This document shows positions 31,291-42,158 of a stretch of 64,000 bases of DNA, piece after piece. Position 1 is the stretch's first letter. Every line of letters starts with the position of its first letter. Made by a program: the position numbers and the translations under genes. Origin of the DNA: an uncultured delta proteobacterium (GTDB lineage Bacteria > Desulfobacterota > Binatia > Binatales > Binataceae). The notes under the pieces were generated by a model. The model saw nothing but the letters and a program-made list of their open reading frames with translations, was not told the origin of the DNA and searched no databases. Location: assembly GCA_963710455.1 (NCBI GenBank), contig CAVQAG010000017.1, forward strand, positions 323,225 to 387,224, given 5' to 3'.

Positions 31291-32823
31291 ATGGTGAAAA
31301 TGGCGGGACTCGACGCAACCGTGTTTACGTCGCCACCGCGCGAGCGCCCGAAGCCATTCGCCGCGCGGCTGATCATTCCTGCCGTCGCGGCGGGGCTGCT
31401 TCTGATCAGCCTTCAGGTCGAGCAAAGCAAGATGCTGATGGTGGTCGGTGGCCTCGGCGCGTTGCTCGTGGTTTTTTACGGCCTGCCGTTCGTGACGCGC
31501 CATCGTGACTGGCTGATTTGTGCCCTATTGATGGTGCTTCTTATCACCGGCATCTCGTTTCTCGATCCGACGACTCGCTCGCTCTTCCATTATTCAGCGC
31601 TCGCGCTGCTTTGTTTTCCGGTTCTAGGTATCGCGGTTCGCTCGGACGTTTTCCGCAGTGGCGGATTCCGCCTTTACACGGTCTATTTCCTATGGGCGGC
31701 GTGTACGATCCCTTATTCACTGGCGCCGGAATTCTCGTTGGCCCGGCTGGCTGAAGCATTTCTGACTTTGGCCGCGCTGGCGGCGATCGTGGTGGATGTT
31801 CGCGAGGCAGATGGCCCGAGGCGTCTCTTATCTCACATTCTGGTGGCCGCCGGAATAATACTTTTCGTAAACGTGCTTGCGGCCTTGATCTTGCCCCATA
31901 GCATCACGTGGCTGAGCCCGTTGGAAAGCTATAGCGCCGACGAATTGCAAAAGATGCAGAAGCTCGGAATTTCGCCGGCGGGCATGGACCGCTTCAGAGG
32001 GCTTCTCAGCGGGCCGAACGACTTGGGCGGGCTGATGTTGATCGTGGTTGGCCCGGCGCTCGTGTGTTGGCAGAGCGCGAGCAAACGCCAGCGCGCGCTT
32101 TTGGCGGCATTGGTGGCGGGGGCGGTGTCCCTGGCAGCGCTGGCCGATTCTCGATCTCCGTTTGTCGCACTGGCTATCGGTGGCGCGTGGTACTCGGTCT
32201 GGAGGTGGCGTGCGCGCGGGATTCTGGTATTGGCGGCGGCCACCACGATGCTCGGTGCGGCACTCCTTGTCTACTCGCATGGCGACCTGGGCGCGTACAT
32301 GGGACGCGATGTGGGTACCCTGACCGGACGTACCGATATCTGGAGCTTCGTAATACAGCAAATAAAAGCCCGACCCATCCTGGGCTATGGATACGAGGTA
32401 TCGGGGGCAATCTTCCAGAGCGTGTACTTTCCCGTCTGGTGGGGCCCTTGGGACCTCGGGCCGCATAGCTCACTGCATAATGGGTACCTTGATCATGCCG
32501 TCGGTGTAGGCATACCCGCCACCCTATTCTGGCTTTACATCATCCTCGAGCCATGGGTATTCGTGTTCCGCCGGTCCGGCGATAGTTGGAACCTTAAGCC
32601 GATTTTTTTCCTTATAGTTGTACCGATCCTGATCAATAACTTTTCGGAGGCACTTCTAGGCGATTTTACCGATAGCGTGGGCATCGTATTCGGCCTGGTC
32701 TGGGCGCTCGGCGAACGCTACCGCTTACTTGCCTTGCAACGGGCCGACACCGTCCGCGCCGAAACACTGGCGAGCCTGCCAGGGTCGCTAGCCGCATTGG
32801 CGGAGGCCGGTGAGGCACGTTGA
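31291..32823 (+). CDS. O-antigen ligase / Wzy_C-family membrane protein (polysaccharide or O-glycosylation ligase-like)
   Basis: About 12 TM segments with a Wzy_C-type periplasmic loop (...GRTDIWSFVIQQIKARPILGYGYEV...). 510 aa. Confidence 0.8.
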   Translation: MVKMAGLDATVFTSPPRERPKPFAARLIIPAVAAGLLLISLQVEQSKMLMVVGGLGALLVVFYGLPFVTRHRDWLICALLMVLLITGISFLDPTTRSLFHYSALALLCFPVLGIAVRSDVFRSGGFRLYTVYFLWAACTIPYSLAPEFSLARLAEAFLTLAALAAIVVDVREADGPRRLLSHILVAAGIILFVNVLAALILPHSITWLSPLESYSADELQKMQKLGISPAGMDRFRGLLSGPNDLGGLMLIVVGPALVCWQSASKRQRALLAALVAGAVSLAALADSRSPFVALAIGGAWYSVWRWRARGILVLAAATTMLGAALLVYSHGDLGAYMGRDVGTLTGRTDIWSFVIQQIKARPILGYGYEVSGAIFQSVYFPVWWGPWDLGPHSSLHNGYLDHAVGVGIPATLFWLYIILEPWVFVFRRSGDSWNLKPIFFLIVVPILINNFSEALLGDFTDSVGIVFGLVWALGERYRLLALQRADTVRAETLASLPGSLAALAEAGEAR

Positions 32824-33223
32824 TTGGCCGGCCACGTCGCGTTTACGCACGACGAAACCGGGACACTGCCGGACGGGCTGCTGGCTGGCCCGACAGGTTC
32901 TGCGCGAGAGTCATACGTGGTTGTTATCGAGCGAAGATTCGCGCGGCTGCTTTCCTACAAGATGGCGTTCTTTGCCGATGAGGCTTCGCTCTATCGAGTC
33001 GCTTATCTTTGCGCGGGCTCGCCGCGTCTGGGAACCATCGTACAGCCGCTGTTTGACTTGGCTTACGCCCGCGTCCGGCTCAAGAGCGCGCTGAAGTCTG
33101 CGATCGGTCACGCCTCATCACGGAAACGACGTTACCCTACAGGATCACAGAGCGAAACGCGCGGATACCAAAGCCTCAGTAACAACTCTTATGGCACCAC
33201 GGATCAGCCAAGAACCAAGTGAT

Positions 33224-34114
33224 ATGAAAGATTCAGGCTGCGGACGAAGAAGTCCGCTCGAGCGAGCGCGATCCGTCGGCATTCCGGCGGCCGTCGCGGC
33301 GCTGGTTGCCGTTGCCGTCATGCTTTCGGCGCGGGCAGCAAGCGCGGCAGGAGGACCGGAGCATTTCAGTACGTTGCTGCCGCGAGCGTCGCTGCCCTCA
33401 GGGCAGGACTGCGCAGCGGAAATATCGGCGACTCCGGAAACGGTGACGGCCAATATTCCTTTCAACCAAACGATGCCGACGGCGTCACAGTTGGCCGCGT
33501 TCTATAGCCATCCGGTCTTTGGAGCGAACCCACCGGCGGCGGATTTCTTTCGCGTCGATGGCCACTATGTTGGCTCAACTGACATGATTTTGCGTTGGGC
33601 TGCATGCAAATGGGGTATCGACGAGGACGTTGTCCGTGCGCAGGCGTGGACCGAAAGCAAATGGCGGCAGGGCGGTCCGAGCCCCGGCGATGGAGGTGGC
33701 GACAAGCGCGTCTCGCGGAGCCAATGCGTGCAAGGCGCGTTTAGTGCTCTGTGGAACTTCGGCTGTGAGAATTGTTGCTACCAGTCATGGGGGATTCTCC
33801 AGACCAAGGTCTACTATGAGTGGGGCACCTGGCCGATGATCAAGGATTCCACGGCGTTCAATGCCGACTATCGCGAGGCCGATCAGCGCGCCTGCATGAA
33901 CGGGGATTATGCAGGATACTTGGCGAGTACCGTACAGCAACCGAATACGTACGCCGCCGACATCGCCAGCGGTAATATCGATCGCGTTCTGTGGGGATGC
34001 ATCGGCAAGCACTATTCTGGCGGATGGTACACAGCGCCATCGTTGGGATATATCAGCGAAGTTAAAGGATACCTGCTCGCAAAACCGTGGGAAGCGCTGC
34101 GTAGAACGCCATGA
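33224..34114 (+). CDS. secreted Cys-rich protein of unknown function (weak lysozyme/transglycosylase-like E-S motif)
   Basis: The signal peptide follows MKDSGCGRRS... (VGIPAAVAALVAVAVMLSARAASAA). It contains multiple Cys pairs and WTESKWRQ...WGILQT. No firm family assignment. Confidence 0.5.
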   Translation: MKDSGCGRRSPLERARSVGIPAAVAALVAVAVMLSARAASAAGGPEHFSTLLPRASLPSGQDCAAEISATPETVTANIPFNQTMPTASQLAAFYSHPVFGANPPAADFFRVDGHYVGSTDMILRWAACKWGIDEDVVRAQAWTESKWRQGGPSPGDGGGDKRVSRSQCVQGAFSALWNFGCENCCYQSWGILQTKVYYEWGTWPMIKDSTAFNADYREADQRACMNGDYAGYLASTVQQPNTYAADIASGNIDRVLWGCIGKHYSGGWYTAPSLGYISEVKGYLLAKPWEALRRTP

Positions 34115-34362
34115 GCTTCGCTGGCCCGCCGACGTCTTAGTGAAGTTCCTTCCCTGTTGGTAAGAATTGCACCTTGCGCGCGCAAGACCCTAAATGAAAT
34201 CAGGAAGCCGCATAGCGTAATCCGCCAGTTTCCGGCTCGACACGTTCACCGACGAACCCGAGCAGTCTAAAATCCTTTGGCACGTTCCGCGCATACGCCT
34301 TTCAGGGCTGGTGCGCCCTGCGCGGACATCGGTACCCGGCGTGTTGACACAACGGAGTTTCT

Positions 34363-34593
34363 ATGAAACCGCTGCTTATCATTGGAGCACTGCTCGCCCT
34401 TGCGGGCATCGTCACCCTGATCTTCCCCGCATTCTGGACCAGGGACACGAAGAGGGTTGCGCAAATAGGCGATGTCACGATTCAGCACAAAGAGAATGTC
34501 CTGCATGTCATCCCACCAAGTGCAAGCGTGGGAGCGATCGTGCTGGGTGCCGGCCTGATCGTGGCCGCCGTCGCCTTGAAGGGTAGAGATTAA
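34363..34593 (+). CDS. small two-TM membrane protein (76 aa)
   Basis: GGAG lies 7 nt upstream of the ATG. It has two clean hydrophobic helices and sits in a gap between well-supported genes. Confidence 0.45.
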   Translation: MKPLLIIGALLALAGIVTLIFPAFWTRDTKRVAQIGDVTIQHKENVLHVIPPSASVGAIVLGAGLIVAAVALKGRD

Positions 34594-34600
34594 ACTTCAG

Positions 34601-37534
34601 TTGCCAGTGAGCGCGCGCATTCCCTCGGCTACGTATCGGCTACAGCTCAATGGCGAGTTCACGCTCATCGACGCAGCCGGCATAGTTCAGTATCTCGACC
34701 GGCTCGGCGTCAGCGACTGCTACATCTCTCCAATCACGCAGGCCCGGGCGGGCAGCCCGCACGGCTATGACGTCATCGATCACCGAAGGATCAATTCGGA
34801 GCTCGGTGGTGAGGATGGATTTCGCCAGTTTGCCGGCCAGGTCCGGCAGCACGGCATGGGCGTTATTGTCGACACCGTTCCCAATCACATGTGCATCGCG
34901 GACACGTCCAACCAGTGGTGGTTTGACGTGCTCGAGAACGGACCGAGCTCTCCCTACGCGTCTTTCTTCGATATCGACTGGCAGCCGCCCAAGGCGGACC
35001 TTGCCAATAAAGTTTTGATTCCCGTGCTCGGAGACCAGTTCGGGCATGCGCTCGAAGATGGTCAGCTTTCGGTCGCCTACCGAAAGGGCGCTTTTGAAGT
35101 TGCCTACTTCGATCACGTCTTTCCGCTCGCCCCCCGTACCTGGACCACTATCCTGGAACCGGCCCTCGCGCGGCTGACCGATGAGCTGGGCGAGTCCAGC
35201 CGCGAATCCATCGAGCTGGCAAGCATAATCACCGCGCTTAATAACCTTCCGCTGCGTACTGAAACCGACCCCGCGAGAGTCCGAGAACGCCAGCGGGAAA
35301 AGGAGATCGTCAAGGAGCGGCTCGCCGCGTTGATGGAAGCGAGTGCGTCCGTGCGCGCCGCGGTGGCAGCGTCGATCGCCGAGCTCAACGGGATTAAAGG
35401 TGAGCCCCACAGTTTCGATCGCCTGGAACAGCTGCTGGACGACCAGGCCTACAGGCTGAGCTTCTGGCACGTTGCCGCCGACGAAATCAACTATCGCCGC
35501 TTCTTCGACGTCAATGACCTGGCCGCGATCCGTGTCGAACTCCCCGACGTTTTCAAAGCCACGCACGAACTCATCATGAGCCTGGTTCGTGAAGGCATGG
35601 TCAGCGGTTTGCGGATCGATCACGTCGACGGCCTGCGCGATCCGGGACTCTATCTGCGTACGCTTCAGAATGAATGCACGCTCGCGCTTGCCGCGGCGGA
35701 AACGGCGCTGGATCCGGACGGAACGGACATCAGGCCGAACGATCCGAAGGCCCGTCCCTTCTACATCGTGGTCGAAAAGATTCTCGGCCCGGATGAGCGA
35801 TTGCGGGCAGACTGGCCGGTGCACGGCACTACCGGCTATGAATTTCTAAACGATCTGAACGGGCTCTACGTTGACAGCGGCAACTGCGAGCAACTGATGG
35901 AATTTTACTCGCGCTTCAGCCGCGTGCGGCGCGAATTTCCTGACATCGTCTACGATTGCAAGAAGCTCGTACTGCGCGCGTTGATGTCAGGAGAGCAGAA
36001 CGTGCTGGCGCGCAGGCTGGACCGCATTTCGGAGCAGCATCGATGGTCTCGTGACTTCACGCTCAACAGCCTCGGCCGCGTCCTGGCCGAAGTTATCGCC
36101 TGCTTTCCGGTTTATCGTTCGTACGTGACCTCCGACGGCTCGGTGAGCCTCGACGATCGCCGCTATGTAACGGCCGCGGTCAATAGTGCCAAGCGAAGAA
36201 ATGCCGCGCTCAGCGAGTCCACCTTCGATTTTCTCGCGGCGGTGCTCTTGCTCAATCATCCCGAGGGGCTCGACGGCGCCGCGCGGGCGGAACGGCTCGA
36301 TTTTACTTTGCGTTTCCAGCAGCTCACCAGCCCGGTAATGGCGAAAGGATTCGAAGACACCGCGCTCTACCGGCTTTATCCGCTCGCTTCGCTGAACGAA
36401 GTCGGCGGCAATCCAACGTCGTTTGGCGTCTCGGTCGGGGCCTTTCATGCCCGCAATGAGCGCCGACTCGGCGAATGGCCGCACGCGCTGTCAGCGACTT
36501 CGACCCATGACACCAAGCGCGGCGAGGACGTGCGCGCCCGAATCAACGTGTTGTCGGAAATGTCTGATGCGTGGGAGCAGGCCGTGCTTAGATGGCATGG
36601 GATCAACGCTTCGCTGCGGGTTGAATGGGAAGATAGCTACGTCCCCGATCCCAACGAGGAATACTTTTTTTACCAGACCCTTGTAGGAACGTGGCCGCTC
36701 GAGACGATGACCTCCGCCGAGCATGAGCAGTTCGTCAAACGGATCGAGGATTACCTGCTTAAATCCTCCAAGGAGGCGAAGTTCCACACCAGCTGGGTCA
36801 GCCCCAATGCGGCCCACGACGAAGCGTTCGCCACGTTCGTGCGTGCGGCGCTCAGGCGCGATTCCGCGAATCAGTTTTTCGCCGACTTCGCCAGATTTCG
36901 CCGGCCTATCGCGATAGCCGGAATGCTCAATTCACTTTCGCAGAGCGTGCTCAAAGCAGGGGCGCCTGGAGTTCCAGATTTCTATCAGGGCACCGAATTG
37001 TGGGACTATAACCTAGTCGATCCCGACAACCGGCGGCCGGTGGATTTTGCGATCCGCTCGGCGATGCTCCAAGAGATCGTCCGCGAATCCGATCGCAACC
37101 GGGCCAAGCTGGTGGAAAAGCTTCTGGCGAGCCCGCAGGACGGGCTTATCAAAATGTATGTAATCCATCGCGCTCTGGAATTTCGCCGCGACCATCCCGA
37201 GTTGTTCGCAAGCGGAGCATACGTGCCGCTAAAGGCGCTCGGCAAACGTACGCGCCACGTGATCGCTTTCGCCCGACGTGCCAGGAATGACTGCGTAATA
37301 ATCGCCGCCGGCCGATTTTTCGCCGGGCTGGAGGGCGCCAGTGATTCGTTTCCTGACGCCGCGGCGTGGTCGGATACGAAGCTCACAATGCCCGCCGATT
37401 TTGCGGCGCGCCGTTATATCGATCTGTTTACGGGTTACACAGTCAAGGCACGCACGGAGGCAGGCGTCGCGTCTCTGTCGATGGCAGAAGTGTTCGGGCG
37501 AATGCCGATCTCGATGCTCGTGCCGCTGGATTGA
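34601..37534 (+). CDS. treY: malto-oligosyltrehalose synthase
   Basis: 977 aa. N-terminal ATYRLQLN...DCYISPI GH13 start with VPNHM and other alpha-amylase-family motifs. Full-length collinearity with TreY. Directly followed by treZ. Confidence 0.9.
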   Translation: MPVSARIPSATYRLQLNGEFTLIDAAGIVQYLDRLGVSDCYISPITQARAGSPHGYDVIDHRRINSELGGEDGFRQFAGQVRQHGMGVIVDTVPNHMCIADTSNQWWFDVLENGPSSPYASFFDIDWQPPKADLANKVLIPVLGDQFGHALEDGQLSVAYRKGAFEVAYFDHVFPLAPRTWTTILEPALARLTDELGESSRESIELASIITALNNLPLRTETDPARVRERQREKEIVKERLAALMEASASVRAAVAASIAELNGIKGEPHSFDRLEQLLDDQAYRLSFWHVAADEINYRRFFDVNDLAAIRVELPDVFKATHELIMSLVREGMVSGLRIDHVDGLRDPGLYLRTLQNECTLALAAAETALDPDGTDIRPNDPKARPFYIVVEKILGPDERLRADWPVHGTTGYEFLNDLNGLYVDSGNCEQLMEFYSRFSRVRREFPDIVYDCKKLVLRALMSGEQNVLARRLDRISEQHRWSRDFTLNSLGRVLAEVIACFPVYRSYVTSDGSVSLDDRRYVTAAVNSAKRRNAALSESTFDFLAAVLLLNHPEGLDGAARAERLDFTLRFQQLTSPVMAKGFEDTALYRLYPLASLNEVGGNPTSFGVSVGAFHARNERRLGEWPHALSATSTHDTKRGEDVRARINVLSEMSDAWEQAVLRWHGINASLRVEWEDSYVPDPNEEYFFYQTLVGTWPLETMTSAEHEQFVKRIEDYLLKSSKEAKFHTSWVSPNAAHDEAFATFVRAALRRDSANQFFADFARFRRPIAIAGMLNSLSQSVLKAGAPGVPDFYQGTELWDYNLVDPDNRRPVDFAIRSAMLQEIVRESDRNRAKLVEKLLASPQDGLIKMYVIHRALEFRRDHPELFASGAYVPLKALGKRTRHVIAFARRARNDCVIIAAGRFFAGLEGASDSFPDAAAWSDTKLTMPADFAARRYIDLFTGYTVKARTEAGVASLSMAEVFGRMPISMLVPLD

Positions 37535-37543
37535 GAGCAGCTG

Positions 37544-39424
37544 TTGGATACTCGAACAGGGCAAGATCCGGCGTGGCGCCTTGAGTTTGGCGCCAATCGA
37601 GGCGAGGGAGGGATCCGCTTCCGCGTGTGGGCGCCGCTGGCGGAGCGTCTATCCGTGCGCATCATGGGGCCGCGCCAGGCGGTCTTGCCTATGGATCGCG
37701 ACGCGGACGGCATTTTCACCGCATTCGCCGATCATCCCGGTGCCGGCGCGGATTATTACTATGAATTTGGGTCCGGCCGTCGGCGTCCGGATCCGGTTTC
37801 GCGGTTCCAGCCGAACGGAGTGCATGGCGCTTCTCAAGTCGTCGACACTGAAGCCTTCGTCTGGACCGATCGGAATTGGAAAGGGCGTCCCCTTGAAGAC
37901 TTCATCATTTACGAACTTCACACCGGAACCTTCACCTCCGAGGGAACGTTCGATGGCGTGATCGGCCGGCTTGGGTACTTGCGCGAGTTGGGAGTCACGG
38001 CGATCGAGCTCATGCCGATCGCATCGTTTCCCGGCGCTCGTAACTGGGGTTATGACGGCGCCTATCTTTACGCGCCGCATCCCGCGTATGGCGGGCCGCT
38101 CGGCCTCAAGCGCCTGATCGACGCTTGCCATCGCGAGGGTCTGGCGGCCGTGCTCGACGTGGTTTACAACCATCTGGGCCCGGAAGGAAATTATCTTGGC
38201 GAGTATGGCCCGTACTTCACGGACCGCTATCGAACCCCGTGGGGCGCGGCAATCAATTTCGACGGCCCGCAGAGCGATGGCGTCCGGCGGTTCTTTATCG
38301 ACAATGCTCTGTACTGGCTGACCGAGTACCACGTTGACGCGCTGCGGCTGGACGCAATTCACCGGATCTTCGACTTTGGCGCGATTCACGTTCTCCGCGA
38401 ATTGGCCGACGCGTTTCATCAGCAGGCGCGCCTGCTGGGGCGCGACGCGTGGCTTATTGCCGAGAGCGATTTGAATGACCCACGGGTGATTAATGCGCCC
38501 GAGGTCGGCGGCCACGGAATCGATAGCCAGTGGAACGACGACTTCCATCACTCGCTACATTCGCTGCTGACCGGTTCCAGGAATGGCTATTTCATCGATT
38601 ACGGCCGGATCGGAGATCTGCGCAAGGCTCTAACCGATGGATTTGTCTATGATGGCCGCCGGTCGATCTATCGCCAGCGCCGCCACGGCGCTTCATCCCG
38701 CTCGAATCCCGGCCGGCAATTCGTCGTGTTCAATCAGAATCACGACCAGATCGCCAATGCCGACGCGGGACAGCGGCTCTCCGGGCTTATCAGACCCGAG
38801 CAACTGAGGCTCGCGGCGATGATCCTGATCTGCGCGCCGAACCTGCCGATGCTCTTCATGGGCGAAGAATTCGCAGCGTCGACGCCGTTTAATTATTTCA
38901 CAAGCTTCGAGGATCCCGCGCTGGCCCACGCGGTATCCGAGGGACGCCGGCGCGAGTACGAACCTTTTTTCAGGGACCGGCCCTTTGCCGATCCGCAGGC
39001 GCCCGAAACTTTCACCGGCTCGCAAATCGATTGGACGGAGACTGCGCGATCGCCCCATCGGGAGTTGCTCGCGCTCGAGCGCGCGCTCATCATGCTGCGC
39101 AAGCAGAATCGCTGCCTCTCGAATTGCCGCAAAGACCTGACAAAGGTTGATTTCAATGAGAGCGAGCGATGGATGGTAATCCGGCGCGGCGATCCCTCGG
39201 GCGAGAGCGCGCTGCTATTTTGCAACTTGAGTCCCGAGCCTCGAACACTGCCTATGCCGGGCGAGGCCACAGGCTTCGAGCTTGCGCTCTTTACCGGCGA
39301 GCAGCTTTTCGCGGCCACGCCTGCATTGCCGTCGCCGCCCGGCGTGCTCGACGCCGCCTCAAAGGGAATCGAGATCGCCCAATCCAGCGCAGCGCTGTAT
39401 CTGGGCGGCGCCAGGTCTCGATAG
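37544..39424 (+). CDS. treZ: malto-oligosyltrehalose trehalohydrolase
   Basis: 626 aa. GH13 motifs VVYNHLGPEG, DALRLDAIH, EFAASTPF, FNQNHDQ, and an N-terminal CBM48-like domain. Confidence 0.9.
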   Translation: MDTRTGQDPAWRLEFGANRGEGGIRFRVWAPLAERLSVRIMGPRQAVLPMDRDADGIFTAFADHPGAGADYYYEFGSGRRRPDPVSRFQPNGVHGASQVVDTEAFVWTDRNWKGRPLEDFIIYELHTGTFTSEGTFDGVIGRLGYLRELGVTAIELMPIASFPGARNWGYDGAYLYAPHPAYGGPLGLKRLIDACHREGLAAVLDVVYNHLGPEGNYLGEYGPYFTDRYRTPWGAAINFDGPQSDGVRRFFIDNALYWLTEYHVDALRLDAIHRIFDFGAIHVLRELADAFHQQARLLGRDAWLIAESDLNDPRVINAPEVGGHGIDSQWNDDFHHSLHSLLTGSRNGYFIDYGRIGDLRKALTDGFVYDGRRSIYRQRRHGASSRSNPGRQFVVFNQNHDQIANADAGQRLSGLIRPEQLRLAAMILICAPNLPMLFMGEEFAASTPFNYFTSFEDPALAHAVSEGRRREYEPFFRDRPFADPQAPETFTGSQIDWTETARSPHRELLALERALIMLRKQNRCLSNCRKDLTKVDFNESERWMVIRRGDPSGESALLFCNLSPEPRTLPMPGEATGFELALFTGEQLFAATPALPSPPGVLDAASKGIEIAQSSAALYLGGARSR

Positions 39425-39450
39425 CTAGCGGATAAAAATATCGCGACGCT

Positions 39451-41979
39451 TCATTGCAGATCGCGGGCGCTGAGTCGGTCAGGCGGGGGGCGGTCAGCTT
39501 CGGCGGTCTCAGTCACTGTCGGGTGGGGCAGGTACAATCGCACTGTCGTGCCCCGCTGTTCCTCGCTAAAAATTTTCACATGCCCGCCGGATTGCTTGAC
39601 GAACCCATATACTTGCGAGAGTCCGAGACCGGTGCCCTGGCCGGTTTCCTTGGTGGTGAAGAAGGGATCGAAGGCGCGCTCGAGGACCGCCTTGCTCATC
39701 CCGATACCGATATCGGCGACCGAGATCATCACGTACTGGCCGGGCAGCAATCCGTGATGCTGTGTGCAGTACTCGTGGTCGAGATAGCTATTGGCCGTTT
39801 CTATCGTGATTTTACCGCCATCCGGCATCGCGTCGCGGGCATTGACGGCGAGGTTCAAAATCGCGCTTTCGAGCTGGTTGTGATCGGCGGAAACTCGCTC
39901 CGGATCCGCCGCCAGCAGCATCTCGATTCCGATATTGTCGCCGACCGTGGTGCGCAACAGTTCCGACATGTTGCTGACCAGCCGATTCACGTTCAGCGAT
40001 TCGGGTCTGAGCGGTTGCTTGCGGGCGAAAGCCAGTAGCCGCTGGGTCAGAGTCGCCGCGCGTTGTCCGCCGCGCACGGCGGCATCGGTGAGCCCAAGCA
40101 GTTCCTCGCCGAGCGGGAGGTTGGACGGGGCGACTCGCCGGCGCAGAGCGTCGAGGTTGCCCATGATCACCTGAAGCAGATTGTTGAAATCGTGCGCGAC
40201 GCCGCCGGTGAGTTGCCCAATGATCTCCATCTTCTGCGCCTGACGAAAAGCTTCCTCGGCCTGCATCCGCTCCTGGATTTCGGCCGCTACCCGCTGTTCG
40301 AGGGTTTCGTTGAGACCTCGCAGATTGTCCTCTGCGACGCGCCGATCATTGATGTCCTGCACGATGAGAACTACGTATTGCGGTCTGCGTTCGGGGCCAT
40401 CCAGCAGCGACACACTATTGGCAATCCAGGTGATCGATCCATCAGAACGCACCTTGCGTACTTCGATCGTAAAGGGCCGCCCGGTTTCGAACATCCGATT
40501 GAGCAATTCGTTGAAACGGCCTACGTCCTTGGAATACGTGAGATCGATCAGCCGGGTTCCGAGCAGCTCCTGCATCGAGCGGCCGACGATCTCGCAGTAT
40601 TTCCGGTTCACCAGGACATAGCGGCCGGCAAGATCGATCTGCGCGATACCCACGTTGGCTTCGGCGAAAATCGAGCGGAGCCCCGCAAGGTCTGTCGGCT
40701 CATAAACCGCCTGCAGCCTGCCCGCTTCGAGCCGCGAAAAATCGAGCAGCGTGTTGACGAGCTTTAAAAGCCGCAGGCCATTGCGGCGCAGTAGTTCAAG
40801 CTGTTTTCGTTCGACGGTGACCATGCCACTGCTGGTGCTGCGCAGCAGGTCCTCTATCGGGCTAAGCATCAGAGTGAGCGGCGTCCGGAATTCGTGACTG
40901 GCGTTGGAAAAAAACGTGGTCTTGGCGCGATCGATCTCGGCCAGCGCTTCGGCCCGGCGCTTTTCACGCTCGTATGCGCGGACGTCGGCCAGCCCGGCCG
41001 CAATCTGGCCGGCCAGCAGATCGATAAAGCCGCGATACGCACTGTCCAACGGACGGTAAGGATTCAGGCCGATGATCATCACGCCCGCTGGTTGATTCTG
41101 CGCCTGCTCGGCAATCGGAACCACGATCGCCTGGTGCGGCGGAATGTCCCAGCCTCCGGTCGGCAAATCGCCGAAACGGGAAACCAGATCATCGAGGATC
41201 AAGGCCTTCGATTCCGCCCACGCTTGCTTGATCGGCCATCCGCTCGCATCGAGCCGGAGCGATTGCGGCGCCGCACGATGACTCGTGTGAATTCCGGTGC
41301 TACAGGCTAGTTCAGCGCTCTCACCACTGCTGTCGATCAGATAGATCAGGCTGAACGGAAGATCGCGCTGATTGGTGGCCAGGCATTCGCAGACCATTGC
41401 GAACAAGCTTGCGGCGGTCTGTTGATTGGCTATTCGCGCGCCGATCTCCTGCAACATTCGCAACCGCCGCTCGCCGATAAAGCGTTCGGTGTCCTCGATA
41501 ACGACGCAAAGATGTCCGCCGATGCCCCCTTGGTCGTCGGGCAACGGACTATACGAAAAAGTATGAAAAGTCTCCTCCGGATATCCCGAGCGATGAAGAA
41601 TCAGCGGGAGGTCCTGGTCATAAGTAGCACGGCCGGTAGTCAGGACCTCTTCGAGTCTAGGACCGATCGCGTCCCAGATTTCCTTCCAGACCTCGCGCGA
41701 GGGTTTGCCCAAAGCCCACGGATGTTTGGTTCCGAGCGTCGGCGTATACGCGTCGTTGTAAAAAAAAGTGAGCTCCGGCCCCCAGCCCATCCACATCGCG
41801 TACCGGGAACTGATCATGATCTGAACTGCTGTTCGGAGGCTCTGCGGCCACGACGCGGGGGAGCCAAGCGGCATTTGCGACCATTCGAGGTCGCGCATTC
41901 GCCGTCCCACCTCGCCGTCCGCTGCAAAAAACTCGGAGCGGGCCACCCTCATGATCGACGAGCGCACATCATTATTCAT
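39451..41979 (-). CDS. multi-domain sensor histidine kinase (N-terminal PAS/GAF-like sensors, HisKA, PAS, second HisKA, HATPase_c)
   Basis: The first H-box is FFSNASHEFRTPLTLM with X-box LVNTLLDFSRLEAG. A PAS follows (VGIAQIDLAGRYVLVNRKYCEIVG). The second H-box is LTGGVAHDFNNLLQVIMGNLDAL, then N/G boxes ...NLAVNARDAM...GQGTGLGLS... Confidence 0.85.
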   Translation of the reverse strand: MNNDVRSSIMRVARSEFFAADGEVGRRMRDLEWSQMPLGSPASWPQSLRTAVQIMISSRYAMWMGWGPELTFFYNDAYTPTLGTKHPWALGKPSREVWKEIWDAIGPRLEEVLTTGRATYDQDLPLILHRSGYPEETFHTFSYSPLPDDQGGIGGHLCVVIEDTERFIGERRLRMLQEIGARIANQQTAASLFAMVCECLATNQRDLPFSLIYLIDSSGESAELACSTGIHTSHRAAPQSLRLDASGWPIKQAWAESKALILDDLVSRFGDLPTGGWDIPPHQAIVVPIAEQAQNQPAGVMIIGLNPYRPLDSAYRGFIDLLAGQIAAGLADVRAYEREKRRAEALAEIDRAKTTFFSNASHEFRTPLTLMLSPIEDLLRSTSSGMVTVERKQLELLRRNGLRLLKLVNTLLDFSRLEAGRLQAVYEPTDLAGLRSIFAEANVGIAQIDLAGRYVLVNRKYCEIVGRSMQELLGTRLIDLTYSKDVGRFNELLNRMFETGRPFTIEVRKVRSDGSITWIANSVSLLDGPERRPQYVVLIVQDINDRRVAEDNLRGLNETLEQRVAAEIQERMQAEEAFRQAQKMEIIGQLTGGVAHDFNNLLQVIMGNLDALRRRVAPSNLPLGEELLGLTDAAVRGGQRAATLTQRLLAFARKQPLRPESLNVNRLVSNMSELLRTTVGDNIGIEMLLAADPERVSADHNQLESAILNLAVNARDAMPDGGKITIETANSYLDHEYCTQHHGLLPGQYVMISVADIGIGMSKAVLERAFDPFFTTKETGQGTGLGLSQVYGFVKQSGGHVKIFSEEQRGTTVRLYLPHPTVTETAEADRPPPDRLSARDLQ

Positions 41980-42158
41980 TTTGCAAGAAACGAAGCAGCA
42001 AGAATCGGGCCCGCAGCCTGCATCCGCAGATCAACGTTTAGAATAAGCCATTCAATGCTCTGCAGCCGTTTACACCCGCGCGCAGGGCTGTCAGCATAGT
42101 TCGGAGAAACCTGTCCTGTCATCGCCGGTCGTGATGGACCTCCTCCGCAGGAGAACGA

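Noticed and set aside
32824-33222. 132-aa ORF starting with TTG immediately after the O-antigen-ligase stop
   Set aside because: Its composition is not obviously non-coding. But it has a TTG start with no RBS, modest third-position GC for this genome, and no recognisable domain. It is ambiguous and was left unannotated.
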